Source: Eledone cirrhosa (taxonomy: Eukaryota). Taken from it: DNA of 64,000 nucleotides. The notes beneath the pieces are model-generated. The model did no database searches and was not told where the DNA came from. It was given only the letters and a program-made list of their open reading frames with translations. Location: NCBI GenBank assembly GCA_964016885.1, contig OZ024765.1, positions 5,766,001 to 5,830,000 on the forward strand, given 5' to 3'. Below are positions 9,601 to 24,211 of the stretch, piece by piece. The translations under genes and the position numbers were made by a program. Positions within the stretch are counted from its first letter, which is position 1. Each line of letters begins with the position of its first letter.

Positions 9601-9657
9601 TTCATTTCATATTATCATTAAATTGTTTATCTATTTTTATTGTAAACATAAAATATA

Positions 9658-9780
<123 letters not shown>

Positions 9781-12700
9781 TCATACATATACATCGATAC
9801 ATTCTGTGAGTATGTCTTACTTAGGCAAAAGTCAAGTAATTTGCGGGGAGGAACCAATCCGTTAAATTGATCTCAGTACATGACTGGTACTATAAGTTAT
9901 ATGCTCCAAAATCATAAAATTATGGGTTAATCTAAATACTGAGAACACAAAGGTGGGGTAAAATTATTTAAAAATTGAGGTTTTAATATTTTATCTTTTA
10001 TTTACAAATTATATGTCTTGGTGTCATATTTAAGGATATAATGTAGTTATTGGTGGAAATAATATAATATGTGATGAAGAGGTGTATATAACTGTGGATA
10101 TAGAATTGTTTTAATCATTATTTTTAACGGACGAAAAAACTACATAATGACTTCTAGTCGGAGTTACGGGAAATTACGGCAAAGACCCTCCATGAAGGTT
10201 GAAATATTACTCATTATCTATATATAGGAATCGGGCTAAACAATTTACGGGCACGTCGCTCTAAGTTGGAATATTTTTCACACACACAGACACGGGAGTT
10301 AGGTATGGCATATTTCAAATAAGAGAACATTATTACAGACGGAGTCATTGTAGGTTGAAATCATTGTTAGACCGATCAGAAAGAAAATGGATATTTAATT
10401 CATGAAAAAACCTGAAGTGTGAAAGACAGAGTCGACCCTTTCTAGTAACAACACTAAGAAACCCATGAACGCCACCACGTCCTAAATCTAACTCTGCGAT
10501 CGTCATATCAAATCGAAATACTTCACCAACTGTGGAAGATGAAGGATTGAAGAACTATGATATATAGCGAAGAGGCTTGTCTCCAGAACATTTAGTAAGG
10601 TGGAAGCCAAGGGTTGCCAAATATTTTGGCGTCATTGCCCACATTCACATGAAAAAATGTTCCACCAGCCACCTGTATAGTAAATATTCCAAAGTATACC
10701 AAATATGTTTCGTAAATGTTTGTTCCTGGTTTAATTTTCCCAATTAGCTTCCTGATTTTTATTCAGGTTCTTTGCATATATTCCTTGAATAGGTTTTCGG
10801 GTAGCATACCTTCTTAAATCTCAAAATTCTATATCGGCCACCAAAGTTTCCAATGGCCCTCAATTTTCTGTTCAGCTGCTCATCAGTTGAAACCCAACAG
10901 TTGAAACCGCCCAGTTGAGGAACCCCTGTGGGTAAGCTACCTCGAATGATGCTATATATTAATCGAGAGGAGGAGGTGACTATTATAATTTTTATAAGTA
11001 ATTATCTTTTAAAGACAAGAGGAAATTTCATCATTAAAATCATAAATATATGTCTACAGAATACAGATTATCAAAATGAAATTAAAAGCAAGTAAATCAG
11101 GGGCCACTAAACTTTACTTATTTAGTTTTATTTCTATCGTGAAAAATGTTGATCTTCAGATATTAGATTATGGCGGCTGTAATTGTCTTTGTGTTTACGT
11201 GTTTGTTTGAAATCCTATTTTAATGTTCGTCTCTCTTTAAACATCGTTTATAGTTTGTTAAAATTAATTTTAGATTATTCGTACCTCGTCTGTGTGGGTT
11301 ATTTTGATGTAGCGTCCCTGTCTTGTTTATTTTTGGTTACATTTTAAATGTGAAATACAGGAACATCAGACATTAAAATGAAATGTTACGTAAAACACAC
11401 ACCTTGTGTTTATTCCAGGTATTTAGATAGATGTCCAGATGTCCACTGACAACAAAATAATACAATCATCCAGTGAAACTTGGTAATAATCCAGGTTCGT
11501 TGCAGTCACCATTCACAGTAAACAATGGTTAGAAAGAATCAAAAACAAAAACAAAAGACGTATTCAGCAGTTAATGAAGTGAAAACAAAATAAAAACAAC
11601 TTTACTGAATAAAATTCATTTCTTAATTTCAATAAGGTTTTTTGTTCTTTCTTTTATAAAAAAAATAAATTTTAATTATAATATGGGACATTACTACAAA
11701 GTACAGCATTATTAGTTCAAATCTTACTTAATAAAAGAAACAAATACGCAGTTATTAGTATAAAACCTAACGGAAATCGAACCCTAAATCAGGATCTCCA
11801 CCGTCTCTAGTGCTTACCATTAGACCACAGGGACGGTTACAAAAATTTTTTGAAAATTAGTATTTACTTACCTATACTAGAAAAAACCGGAAGTGGAGAA
11901 AATTGAAAAACTTCTTCTTTTTCTTCCTCTGATTTTTGCCACGAACGATAACTCGTCTCTGACTTAAATCCAAATTTTGGATTAAAAAAAATCAGAGGAA
12001 GAAAAAGAAGATGTTTTTCAATTTTCTCCACTTCCGGTTTTTTCTAGTAATGAAAAAGTAGGTTTATAAATATCAATTTTTAAGTAAGTTTCTGTAACCG
12101 TCCCTTTAGCCTAGTGGTAAGTATAAGAGCCGGTGGAGGTCCAGGTCCGGGGTTCAATCACTGGCAGTGTGTCGTATTATATTTTTTATAGTATAAAACA
12201 AAAATAAAAAAGTAACTTTATAAATATTAATTTTCACACTGTTTTTATATCGGTCTCCGTGGCCTAATGGTAGGTATTAGAGACGGTGGAGAACCTGCTC
12301 TGGGTTTCGATTTCAGTCAAAGTCTATAGATAATAATTTCATTTTTTACTTTACTAGAGAAAAATTTAAATTTAAAAATATATAGTACAGATTCGGACTG
12401 AGATTGAACACCACATCAGTGTCTACATAGTCTCTAACACCTACCAAACAGATACAAGAACATAAGAAAAAATTAATATTTATAAACCTACTTTTAATTT
12501 CCAAGCAAAATAGATGTGCTGGCGTTCATGGCTTTCTCATTGTTATTTCTACTATAATCGGGTCAATGTTTACATTTATTCTTCTGGGGTTTTCATAAAA
12601 TATATTTTCACTTTCTTTCGGGTTCATTAGATCCTACAACCAGATGATCTACAGGGACCTTCTTCATGGTCATAGCTGATTATTAAATATATACGGGAGA

Positions 12701-14746
12701 GTGTGTGTGTGTGTGTGTGTATTAGATCTTGCCGTGATGTACTCAGCAATAATGGTTTTCAATTCCGTCGTCCCTCCATCCTTGGTGTGTATATAAATAT
12801 ATATGTGATTTTAACGTACAACGGCGACAATATATAAATCTGTTTCGTTTGATAATAATTAGATAAAGCTAATTCTACAACCCCTGTTAAACATTGAAAC
12901 CACGACTATAAAATATAGCAACAACCACGACATAACAGTCTCTGGTTAAATATGATTTAATGAAATTATTGCTAGAGATTGATCCCTAATATTTTATCTC
13001 ACTCCTTAACCAGGGAGGAAAGGTCCTCAGACTCGGACAATGTTGATAAGGAGAGCAGAGTGTATCCTTATTTGTCACGTCTTTCCAGTTGTCACGGTAT
13101 ATAAAAGGCAGTAGTACTAGTCACTCCTGCGAAAGACGTTGTCAGTTAGCCTTCTGTAACGAGAGAAGAAGGTCGTGGCTTTTTTTCCTCCCTATCGCAT
13201 AATTCATACATTTGTCATCCTTTAGATATCAATATACAAGAGAAAGAAGAAAATTGAGAACTTCGGTCTTTTAAAAGTAACATTTATTACATTAGAGCAA
13301 AATCTTGCATTAACAATATTTTGTGAGACTAAACATGGAATGGATAAAGAGATTATTAGAAGAAGGGCAATTGTCTCTATCTTAAACGTCAATACATTCT
13401 ACAGAAAATCGAAATGAGAATAATTACAGAGATACTTAAAAAAATGTTTCGCGATATGGTTCAAGTTATTTTGTAGTAATATGCAGCTATATTTATACAT
13501 GTCTCTTATACCCCTCCACGAGGAATTGTGAATATGTATGAATATGATTTTAAAGATGGCTAAACATGTTGAAGAAAAAAAAGGAATTCAGATGATAGGA
13601 ATAATAAAACATTCCTTTGCCTAGCTAAATGTCGAGAGGTCTAAAACACTAGTTGAATGATATGTGTGATACGACCTAGAATATTGTTTTCGGGGATGGT
13701 CAGACGACTTCAGAAAATACGGAGAAGCTATTGAAGGAATCCAGAAAAGAACAAAACAGAAAACACCAGAATTATTAAGAAATCTGTCTTCTGAAGAAAG
13801 ATGTTAAACTTTAGGGATTGCAAATTTAGAGGAGATAAATCTAAGAGGGTGGGGGGGACATGATAGAAATATATATTTAAAGGACTAATATTTAAATAGT
13901 AGTACACTATTCCAATGTAAAACTCTGAATAACTATATCTTTCGGGGAGATATATCAAACGAGTGACATGATAGAAATATTTAAAATAATGAAAGGACTA
14001 CAATATACAGTATTGCAGAAGTAAATGAAAATATAAGAAGACATCACCATTGAACTGCAGATGAAAGTCAGTACTCTTTACATTTATCCCAGGTATATAG
14101 AAAGCTATCCTGATGTCCACTGATTGAAATATAAAACAATAAAGAAACACCACAATCCAGTAAACCTTAGTAATAATCCAATTAAGCCGCCATTTACAGT
14201 AGAAAATAGTAAGAAAAACAAAGTCACACTCAGAAGTTAATGCAGTGAAAACAATAAAAATATTATTAATAATAAAACAATAAAGAAACACCACAATCCA
14301 GTAAACCTTAGTAATAATCCAATTAAGCCGCCATTTACAGTAGAAAATAGTAAGAAAAACAAAGTCACACCCAGAAGTTAATGCAGTGAAAACAATAAAA
14401 ATATTATTAATATTTAAAATAATGAAAGGACTACAATATACAGTATTGCAGAAGTAAATGAAAATATAAGAAGTCAGTACTCTTTACATTTATCCCAGGT
14501 ATATAGAAAGCTATCCTGATGTCCACTGATTGAAATATAAAACAATAAAGAAACACCACAATCCAGTAAACCTTAGTAATAATCCAATTAAGCCGCCATT
14601 TACAGTAGAAAATGGTAAGAAAAACAAAGTCACACTCAGAAGTTAATGCAGTGAAAACAATAAAAATATTATTAATAAATAATAATAATTTCATTTCATA
14701 TTATCATTAAATTGTTTATCTATTTTTATTGTAAACATAAAATATA

Positions 14747-14749
<3 letters not shown>

Positions 14750-14832
<83 letters not shown>
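14750..14832. repeat. (TA)n microsatellite, ~41 units
   Basis: Pure AT dinucleotide run. Confidence 0.99.
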
Positions 14833-14835
<3 letters not shown>

Positions 14836-17800
14836 TCATACATATACATCGATACATTCTGTGAGTATGTCTTACTTAGGCAAAAGTCAAGTAATTTGCG
14901 GGGAGGAACCAATCCGTTAAATTGATCTCAGTACATGACTGGTACTATAAGTTATATGCTCCAAAATCATAAAATTATGGGTTAATCTAAATACTGAGAA
15001 CACAAAGGTGGGGTAAAATTATTTAAAAATTGAGGTTTTAATATTTTATCTTTTATTTACAAATTATATGTCTTGGTGTCATATTTAAGGATATAATGTA
15101 GTTATTGGTGGAAATAATATAATATGTGATGAAGAGGTGTATATAACTGTGGATATAGAATTGTTTTAATCATTATTTTTAACGGACGAAAAAACTACAT
15201 AATGAATTCTAGTTGGAGTTACGGGAAATTACGGCAAAGACCCTCCATGAAGGTTCAAATATTACTCATTATCTATATATAGGAATCGGGCTAAACAATT
15301 TACGGGCACGTCGCTCTAAGTTGGAATATTTTTCACACACACAGACACGGGAGTTAGGTATGGCATATTTCAAATAAGAGAACATTATTACAGACGGAGT
15401 CATTGTAGGTTCAAATCATTGTTAGACCGATCAGAAAGAAAATGGATATTTAATTCATGAAAAAACCTGAAGTGTGAAAGACAGAGTCGACCCTTTCTAG
15501 TAACAACACTAAGAAACCCATGAACGCCACCACGTCCTAAATCTAACTCTGCGATCGTCATATCAAATCGAAATACTTCACCAACTGTGGAAGATGAAGG
15601 ATTGAAGAACTATGATATATAGCGAAGAGGCTTGTCTCCAGAACATTTAGTAAGGTGTAAAACAAGGGTTGCCAAATATTTTGGCGTCATTGCCCACATT
15701 CACATGAAAAAATGTTCCACCAGCCACCTGTATAGTAAATATTCCAAAGTATACCAAATATGTTTCGTAAATGTTTGTTCCTGGTTTAATTTTCCCAATT
15801 AGCTTCCTGATTTTTATTCAGGTTCTTTGCATATATTCCTTGAATAGGTTTTCGGGTAGCATACCTTCTTAAATCTCAAAATTCTATATCGGCCACCAAA
15901 GTTTCCAATGGCCCTCAATTTTCTGTTCAGCTGCTCATCGCCCACCCAACAGTTGAAACCGCCCAGTTGAGGAACCCCTGTGGGTAAGCTACCTCGAATG
16001 ATGCTATATATTAATCGAGAGGAGGAGGTGACTATTATAATTTTTATAAGTAATTATCTTTTAAAGAGAAGAGGAAATTTCATCATTAAAATCATAAATA
16101 TATGTCTACAGAATACAGATTATCAAAATGAAATTAAAAGCAAGTAAATCAGGGGCCACTAAACTTTACTTATTTAGTTTTATTTCTATCGTGAAAAATG
16201 TTGATCTTCAGATATTAGATTATGGCGGCTGTAATTGTCTTTGTGTTTACGTGTTTGTTTGAAATCCTATTTTAATGTTCGTCTCTCTTTAAACATCGTT
16301 TATAGTTTGTTAAAATTAATTTTAGATTATTCGTACCTCGTCTGTGTGGTTTATTTTGATGTAGCGTCCCTGTCTTGTTTATTTTTGGTTACATTTTAAA
16401 TGTGAAATACAGGAACATCAGACATTAAAATGAAATGTTACGTAAAACACACACCTTGTGTTTATTCCAGGTATTTAGATAGATGTCCAGATGTCCACTG
16501 ACAACAAAATAATACAATCATCCAGTGAAACTTGGTAATAATCCAGGTTCGTTGCAGTCACCATTCACAGTAAACAATGGTTAGAAAGAATCAAAAACAA
16601 AAACAAAAGACGTATTCAGCAGTTAATGAAGTGAAAACAAAATAAAAACAACTTTACTGAATAAAATTCATTTCTTAATTTCAATAAGGTTTTTTGTTCT
16701 TTCTTTTATAAAAAAAATAAATTTTAATTATAATATGGGACATTACTACAAAGTACAGCATTATTAGTTCAAATCTTACTTAATAAAAGAAACAAATACG
16801 CAGTTATTAGTATAAAACCTAACGGAAATCGAACCCTAAATCAGGATCTCCACCGTCTCTAGTGCTTACCATTAGGCCACAGGGACGGTTACAAAAATTT
16901 TTTGAAAATTAGTATTTACTTACCTATACTAGAAAAAACCAGAAGTGGAGAAAATTGAAAAACTTCTTCTTTTTCTTCCTCTGATTTTTGCCACGAACGA
17001 TAACTCGTCTCTGACTTAAATCCAAATTTTGGATAAAAAAAAATCAGAGGAAGAAAAAGAAGATGTTTTTCAATTTTCTCCACTTCCGGTTTTTTCTAGT
17101 AATGAAAAAGTAGGTTTATAAATATCAATTTTTAAGTAAGTTTCTGTAACCGTCCCTTTAGCCTAGTGGTAAGTATAAGAGCCGGTGGAGGTCCAGGTCC
17201 GGGGTTCAATCACTGGCAGTGTGTCGTATTATATTTTTTATAGTATAAAACAAAAATTAAAAAGTAACTTTATAAATATTAATTTTCACACTGTTTTTAT
17301 ATCGGTCTCCGTGGCCTAATGGTAGGTATTAGAGACGGTGGAGAACCTGCTCTGGGTTTCGATTTCAGTCAAAGTCTATAGATAATAATTTCATTTTTTA
17401 CTTTACTAGAGAAAAATTTTAATTTAAAAATATATAGTACAGATTCGGACTGAGATTGAACACCACATCAGTGTCTACATAGTCTCTAACACCTACCAAA
17501 CAGATACAAGAACATAAGAAAAAATTAATATTTATAAACCTACTTTTAATTTCCAAGCAAAATAGATGTGCTGGCGTTCATGGCTTTCTCATTGTTATTT
17601 CTACTATAATCGGGTCAATGTTTACATTTATTCTTCTGGGGCTTTCATAAAATATATTTTCACTTTCTTTCGGGTTCATTAGATCCTACAACCAGATGAT
17701 CTACAGGGACCTTCTTCATGGTCATAGCTGATTATTAAATATATACGGGAGAGTGTGTGTGTGTGTGTATTAGATCTTGCCGTGATGTACTCAGCAATAA

Positions 17801-19536
17801 TGGTTTTCAATTCCGTCGTCCCTCCATCCTTGGTGTGTATATAAATATATATGTGATTTTAACGTACAACGGCGACAATATATAAATCTGTTTCGTTTGA
17901 TAATAATTAGATAAAGCTAATTCTACAACCCCTGTTAAACATTGAAACCACGACTATAAAATATAGCAACAACCACGACATAACAGTCTCTGGTTAAATA
18001 TGATTTAATGAAATTATTGCTAGAGATTGATCCCTAATATTTTATCTCACTCCTTAACCAGGGAGGAAAGGTCCTCAGACTCGGACAATGTTGATAAGGA
18101 GAGCAGAGTGTATCCTTATTTGTCACGTCTTTCCAGTTGTCACGGTATATAAAAGGCAGTAGTACTAGTCACTCCTGCGAAAGACGTTGTCAGTTAGCCT
18201 TCTGTAACGAGAGAAGAAGGTCGTGGCTTTTTTTTCCTCCCTATCGCATAATTCATACATTTGTCATCCTTTAGCTATCAATATACAAGAGAAAGAAGAA
18301 AATTGAGAACTTCGGTCTTTTAAAAGTAACATTTATTACATTAGAGCAAAATCTTGCATTAACAATATTTTGTGAGACTAAACATGGAATGGACAAAGAG
18401 ATTATTAGAAGAAGGGCAATTGTCTCTATCTTAAACGTCAATACATTCTACAGAAAATCGAAATGAGAATAATTACAGAGATACTTTACAAAATGTTTCG
18501 CGATATGGTTCAAGTTATTTTGTAGTAATATGCAGCTATATTTATACATGTCTCTTATACCCCTCCACGAGGAATTGTGAATATGTATGAATATGATTTT
18601 AAAGATGGCTAAACATGTTGAAGAAAAAAAAGGAATTCAGATGATAGGAATAATAAAACATTCCTTTGCCTAGCTAAATGTCGAGAGGTCTAAAACACTA
18701 GTTGAATGATATGTGTGATACGACCTAGAATATTGTTTTCGGGGATGGTCAGACGACTTCAGAAAATACGGAGAAGCTATTGAAGGAATCCAGAAAAGAA
18801 CAAAACAGAAAACACCAGAATTATTAAGAAATCTGTCTTCTGAAGAAAGATGTTAAACTTTAGGGATTGCAAATTTAGAGGAGATAAATCTAAGAGGGTG
18901 GGGGGGGGGGGGACATGATAGAAATATATATTTAAAGGACTAATATTTAAATAGTAGTACACTATTCCAATGTAAAACTCTGAATAACTATATCTTTCGG
19001 GGAGATATATCAAACGAGTGACATGATAGAAATATTTAAAATAATGAAAGGACTACAATATACAGTATTGCAGAAGTAAATGAAAATATAAGAAGACATC
19101 ACCATTGAACTGCAGATGAAAGTCAGTACTCTTTACATTTATCCCAGGTATATAGAAAGCTATCCTTATGTCCACTGATTGAAATATAAAACAATAAAGA
19201 AACACCACAATCCAGTAAACCTTAGTAATAATCCAATTAAGCCGCCATTTACAGTAGAAAATAGTAAGAAAAACAAAGTCACACTCAGAAGTTAATACAG
19301 TGAAAACAATAAAAATATTATTAATAATAAAACAATAAAGAAACACCACAATCCAGTAAACCTTAGTAATAATCCAATTAAGCCGCCATTTACAGTAGAA
19401 AATGGTAAGAAAAACAAAGTCACACTCAGAAGTTAATGCAGTGAAAACAATAAAAATATTATTAATAAATAATAATAATTTCATTTCATATTATCATTAA
19501 ATTGTTTATCTATTTTTATTGTAAACATAAAATATA

Positions 19537-19575
<39 letters not shown>

Positions 19576-22500
19576 TCATACATATACATCGATACATTCT
19601 GTGAGTATGTCTTACTTAGGCAAAAGTCAAGTAATTTGCGGGGAGGAACCAATCCGTTAAATTGATCCCAGTACATGACTGGTACTATAAGTTATATGCT
19701 CCAAAATCATAAAATTATGGGTTAATCTAAACACTGAGAACACAAAGGTGAGGTAAAATTATTTAAAAATTGAGGTTTTAATATTTTATCTTTTATTTAC
19801 AAATTATATGTCTTGGTGTCATATTTAAGGATATAATGTAGTTATTGGTGGAAATAATATAATATGTGATGAAGAGGTGTATATAACTGTGGATATAGAA
19901 TTGTTTTAATCATTATTTTTAACGGACGAAAAAACTACATAATGACTTCTAGTCGGAGTTACGGGAAATTACGGCAAAGACCTTCCATGAAGGTTCAAAT
20001 ATTACACATTATCTATATATAGGAATCAGGCTAAACAATTTACGGGCACGTCGCTCTAAGTTGGAATATTTTTCACACACACAGACACGGGAGTTAGGTA
20101 TGGCATATTTCAAATAAGAGAACATTATTACAGACGGAGTCATTGTAGGTTGAAATCATTGTTAGACCGATCAGAAAGAAAATGGATATTTAATTCATGA
20201 AAAAACCTGAAGTGTGAAAGACAGAGTCGACCCTTTCTAGTAACAACACTAAGAAACCCATGAACGCCACCACGTCCTAAATCTAACTCTGCGATCGTCA
20301 TATCAAATCGAAATACTTCACCAACTGTGGAAGATGAAGGATTGAAGAACTATGATATATAGCGAAGAGGCTTGTCTCCAGAACATTTAGTAAGGTGTAA
20401 GCCAAGGGTTGCCAAATATTTTGGCGTCATTTCCCACATTCACATGAAAAAATGTTCCACCAGCCACCTGTATAGTAAATATTCCAAAGTATACCAAATA
20501 TGTTTCGTAAGTGTTTGTTCCTGGTTTAATTTTCCCAATTAGCTTCCTGATTTTTATTCAGGTTCTTTGCATATATTCCTTGAATAGGTTTTCGGGTAGC
20601 ATACCTTCTTAAATCTCAAAATTCTATATCGGCCACCAAAGTTTCCAATGGCCCTCAATTTTCTGTTCAGCTGCTCATCGCCCACCCAACAGTTGAAACC
20701 GCCCAGTTGTGGAACCCCTGTGGGTAAGCTACCTCGAATGATGCTATATATTAATCGAGAGGAGGAGGTGACTATTATAATTTTTATAAGTAATAATCTT
20801 TTAAAGACAAGAGGAAATTTCATCATTAAAATCATAAATATATGTCTACAGAATACAGATTATCAAAATGAAATTAAAACAAGTAAATCAGGGGCCACTA
20901 AACTTTACTTATTTAGTTTTATTTCTATCGTGAAAAATGTTGATCTTCAGATATTAGATTATGGCGGCTGTAATTGTCTTTGTGTTTACGTGTTTGTTTG
21001 AAATCCTATTTTAATGTTCGTCTCTCTTTAAACATCGTTTATAGTTTGTTAAAATTAATTTTAGATTATTCGTACCTCGTCTGTGTGGTTTATTTTGATG
21101 TAGCGTCCCTGTCTTGTTTATTTTTGGTTACATTTTAAATGTGAAATACAGGAACATCAGACATTAAAATGAAATGTTACGTAAAACACACACCTTGTGT
21201 TTATTCCAGGTATTTAGATAGATGTCGAGATGTCCACTGACAACAAAATAATACAATCATCCAGTGAAACTTGGTAATAATCCAGGTTCGTTGCAGTCAC
21301 CATTCACAGTAAACAATGGTTCTTGAAAGAATCAAAAACAAAAACAAAAGACGTATTCAGCAGTTAATGAAGTGAAAACAAAATAAAAACAACTTTACTG
21401 AATAAAATTCATTTCTTAATTTCAATAAGGTTTTTTGTTCTTTCTTTTATAAAAAAAATAAATTTTAATTAAAATATGTTGAATATAATATGGGACATTA
21501 CTACAAAGTACAGCATTATTAGTTCAAATCTTACTTAATAAAAGAAACAAATACGCAGTTATTAGTATAAAACCTAACGGAAATCGAACCCTAAATCAGG
21601 CTCTCCACCGTCTCTAGTGCTTACCATTAGGCCACAGGGATGGTTACAAAAATTTTTTGAAAATTAATATTTACTTACCTATACTAGAAAAAACCGGAAA
21701 TGGAGAAAATTGAAAAACTTCTTCTTTTTCTTCCTCTGATTTTTGCCACGAACGATAACTCGTCTCTGACTTAAATCCAAATTTTGGATAAAAAAAAAAT
21801 CAGAGGAAGAAAAAGAAGATGTTTTTCAATTTTCTCCACTTCCGGTTTATTCTAGTAATGAAAAAGTAGGTTTATAAATATCAATTTTCAGTAAGTTTCT
21901 GTAACCGTCCCTTTAGCCTAGTGGTAAGTATAAGAGCCGGTGGAGGTCCAGGTCCGGGGTTCAATCACTGGCAGTGTGTCGTATTATATTTTTTATAGTA
22001 TAAAACAAAAATAAAAAAGTAACTTTATAAGTATCAATTTTCACACTGTTTTTATATCTGTCTCCGTGGCCTAATGGTAGGTATTAGAGACGGTGGAGAA
22101 CCTGCTCTGGGTTTCGATTTCAGTCAAAGTCTATAGATAATAATTTCATTTTTTACTTTACTAGAGAAAAATTTTAATTTAAAAATATATAGTACAGATT
22201 CGGACTGAGATTGAACACCACATCAGTGTCTACATAGTCTCTAACACCTACCAAACAGATACAAGAACATAAGAAAAAATTAATATTTATAAACCTACTT
22301 TTAATTTCCAAGCAAAATAGATGTGCTGGCGTTCATGTCTTTCTCATTGTTATTTCTACTATAATCGGGTCAATGTTTACATTTATTCTTCTGGGGCTTT
22401 CATAAAATATATTTTCACTTTCTTTCGGGTTCATTAGATCCTACAACCAGATGATCTACAGGGACCTTCTTCATGGTCATAGCTGATTATTAAATATATA

Positions 22501-24144
22501 CGGGAGAGTGTGTGTGTGTTGTATTAGATCTTGCCGTGATGTACTCAGCAATAATGGTTTTCAATTCCGTCGTCCCTCCATCCTTGGTGTGTATATAAAT
22601 ATATATGTGATTTTAACGTACAACGGCGACAATATATAAATCTGTTTTGTTTGATAATAATTAGATAAAGCTAATTCTACAACCCCTGTTAAACATTGAA
22701 ACCACGACTATAAAATATAGCAACAACCACGACATAACAGTCTCTGGTTAAATATGATTTAATGAAATTATTGCTAGAGATTGATCCCTAATATTTTATC
22801 TCACTCCTTAACCAAGGAGGAAAGGTCCTCAGACTCGGACAATGTTGATAAGGAGAGCAGAGTGTATCCTTATTTGTCACGTCTTTCCAGTTGTCACGGT
22901 ATATAAAAGGCAGTAGTACTAGTCACTCCTGCGAAAGACGTTGTCAGTTAGCCTTCTGTAACGAGAGAAGAAGGTCGTGGCTTTTTTCCTCCCTATCACA
23001 TAATTCATACATTTGTCATCCTTTAGATATCAATATACAAGAGAAAGAAGAAAATTGAGAACTTCGGTCTTTTAAAAGTAACATTTATTACATTAGAGCA
23101 AAATCTTGCATTAACAATATTTTGTGAGACTAAAACATGGAATGGATAAAGAGATTATTAGAAGAAGGGCAATTGTCTCTATCTTAAACGTCAATACATT
23201 CTACAGAAAATCGAAATGAGAATAATTACAGAGATACTTTACAAAATGTTTCGCGATATGGTTCAAGTTATATTGTAGTAATATGCAGCTATATTTATAC
23301 ATGTCTCTTATACCCCTCCACGAGGAATTGTGAATATGTATGAATATGATTTTAAAGATGGCTAAACATGTTGAAGAAAAAAAAGGAATTCAGATGATAG
23401 GAATAATAAAACATTCCTTTGCCTAGCTAAATGTCGAGAGGTCTAAAACACTAGTTGAATGATATGTGTGATACGAGCTAGAATATTGATTTGGGGCATG
23501 GTCAGACGACTTCAGAAAATACGGAGAAGCTATTGAAGGAATCCAGAAAAGAACAAAACAGAAAACACCAGAATTATTAAGAAATCTGTCTTCTGAAGAA
23601 AGATGTTAAACTTTAGGGATTGCAAATTTAGAGGAAATAAATCTAAGAGGGGGGGGGGGGGGCATGATAGAAATATATATTTAAAGGACTAATATTTAAA
23701 TAGTAGTACACTATTCCAATGTAAAGCTCTGAATAACTATATCTTTCGGGGAGATATATCAAACGAGTGACATGATAGAAATATTTAAAATAATGAAATG
23801 ACTACAATATACAGTATTGCAGAAGTAAATGAAAATATAAGAAGACATCACCATTGAACTGCAGATGAAAGTCAGTACTATTTACATTTATCCCAGGTAT
23901 ATAGAAAGCTATCCTGATGTCCACTGATTGAAATATAAAACAATAAAGAAACACCACAATCCAGTAAATCTTAGTAATAATCCAATTAAGCCGCCATTTA
24001 CAGTAGAAAATAGTAAGAAAAACAAAGTTACACTCGGAAGTTAATGCAGTGAAAACAATAAAAATATTATTAATAAATAATAATAATTTCATTTCATATT
24101 ATCATTAAATTGTTTGTCTATTTTTATTGTAAACATAAAATATA

Positions 24145-24147
<3 letters not shown>

Positions 24148-24208
<61 letters not shown>
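24148..24208. repeat. (TA)n microsatellite, ~30 units
   Basis: Pure AT dinucleotide run. Confidence 0.99.
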
Positions 24209-24211
<3 letters not shown>

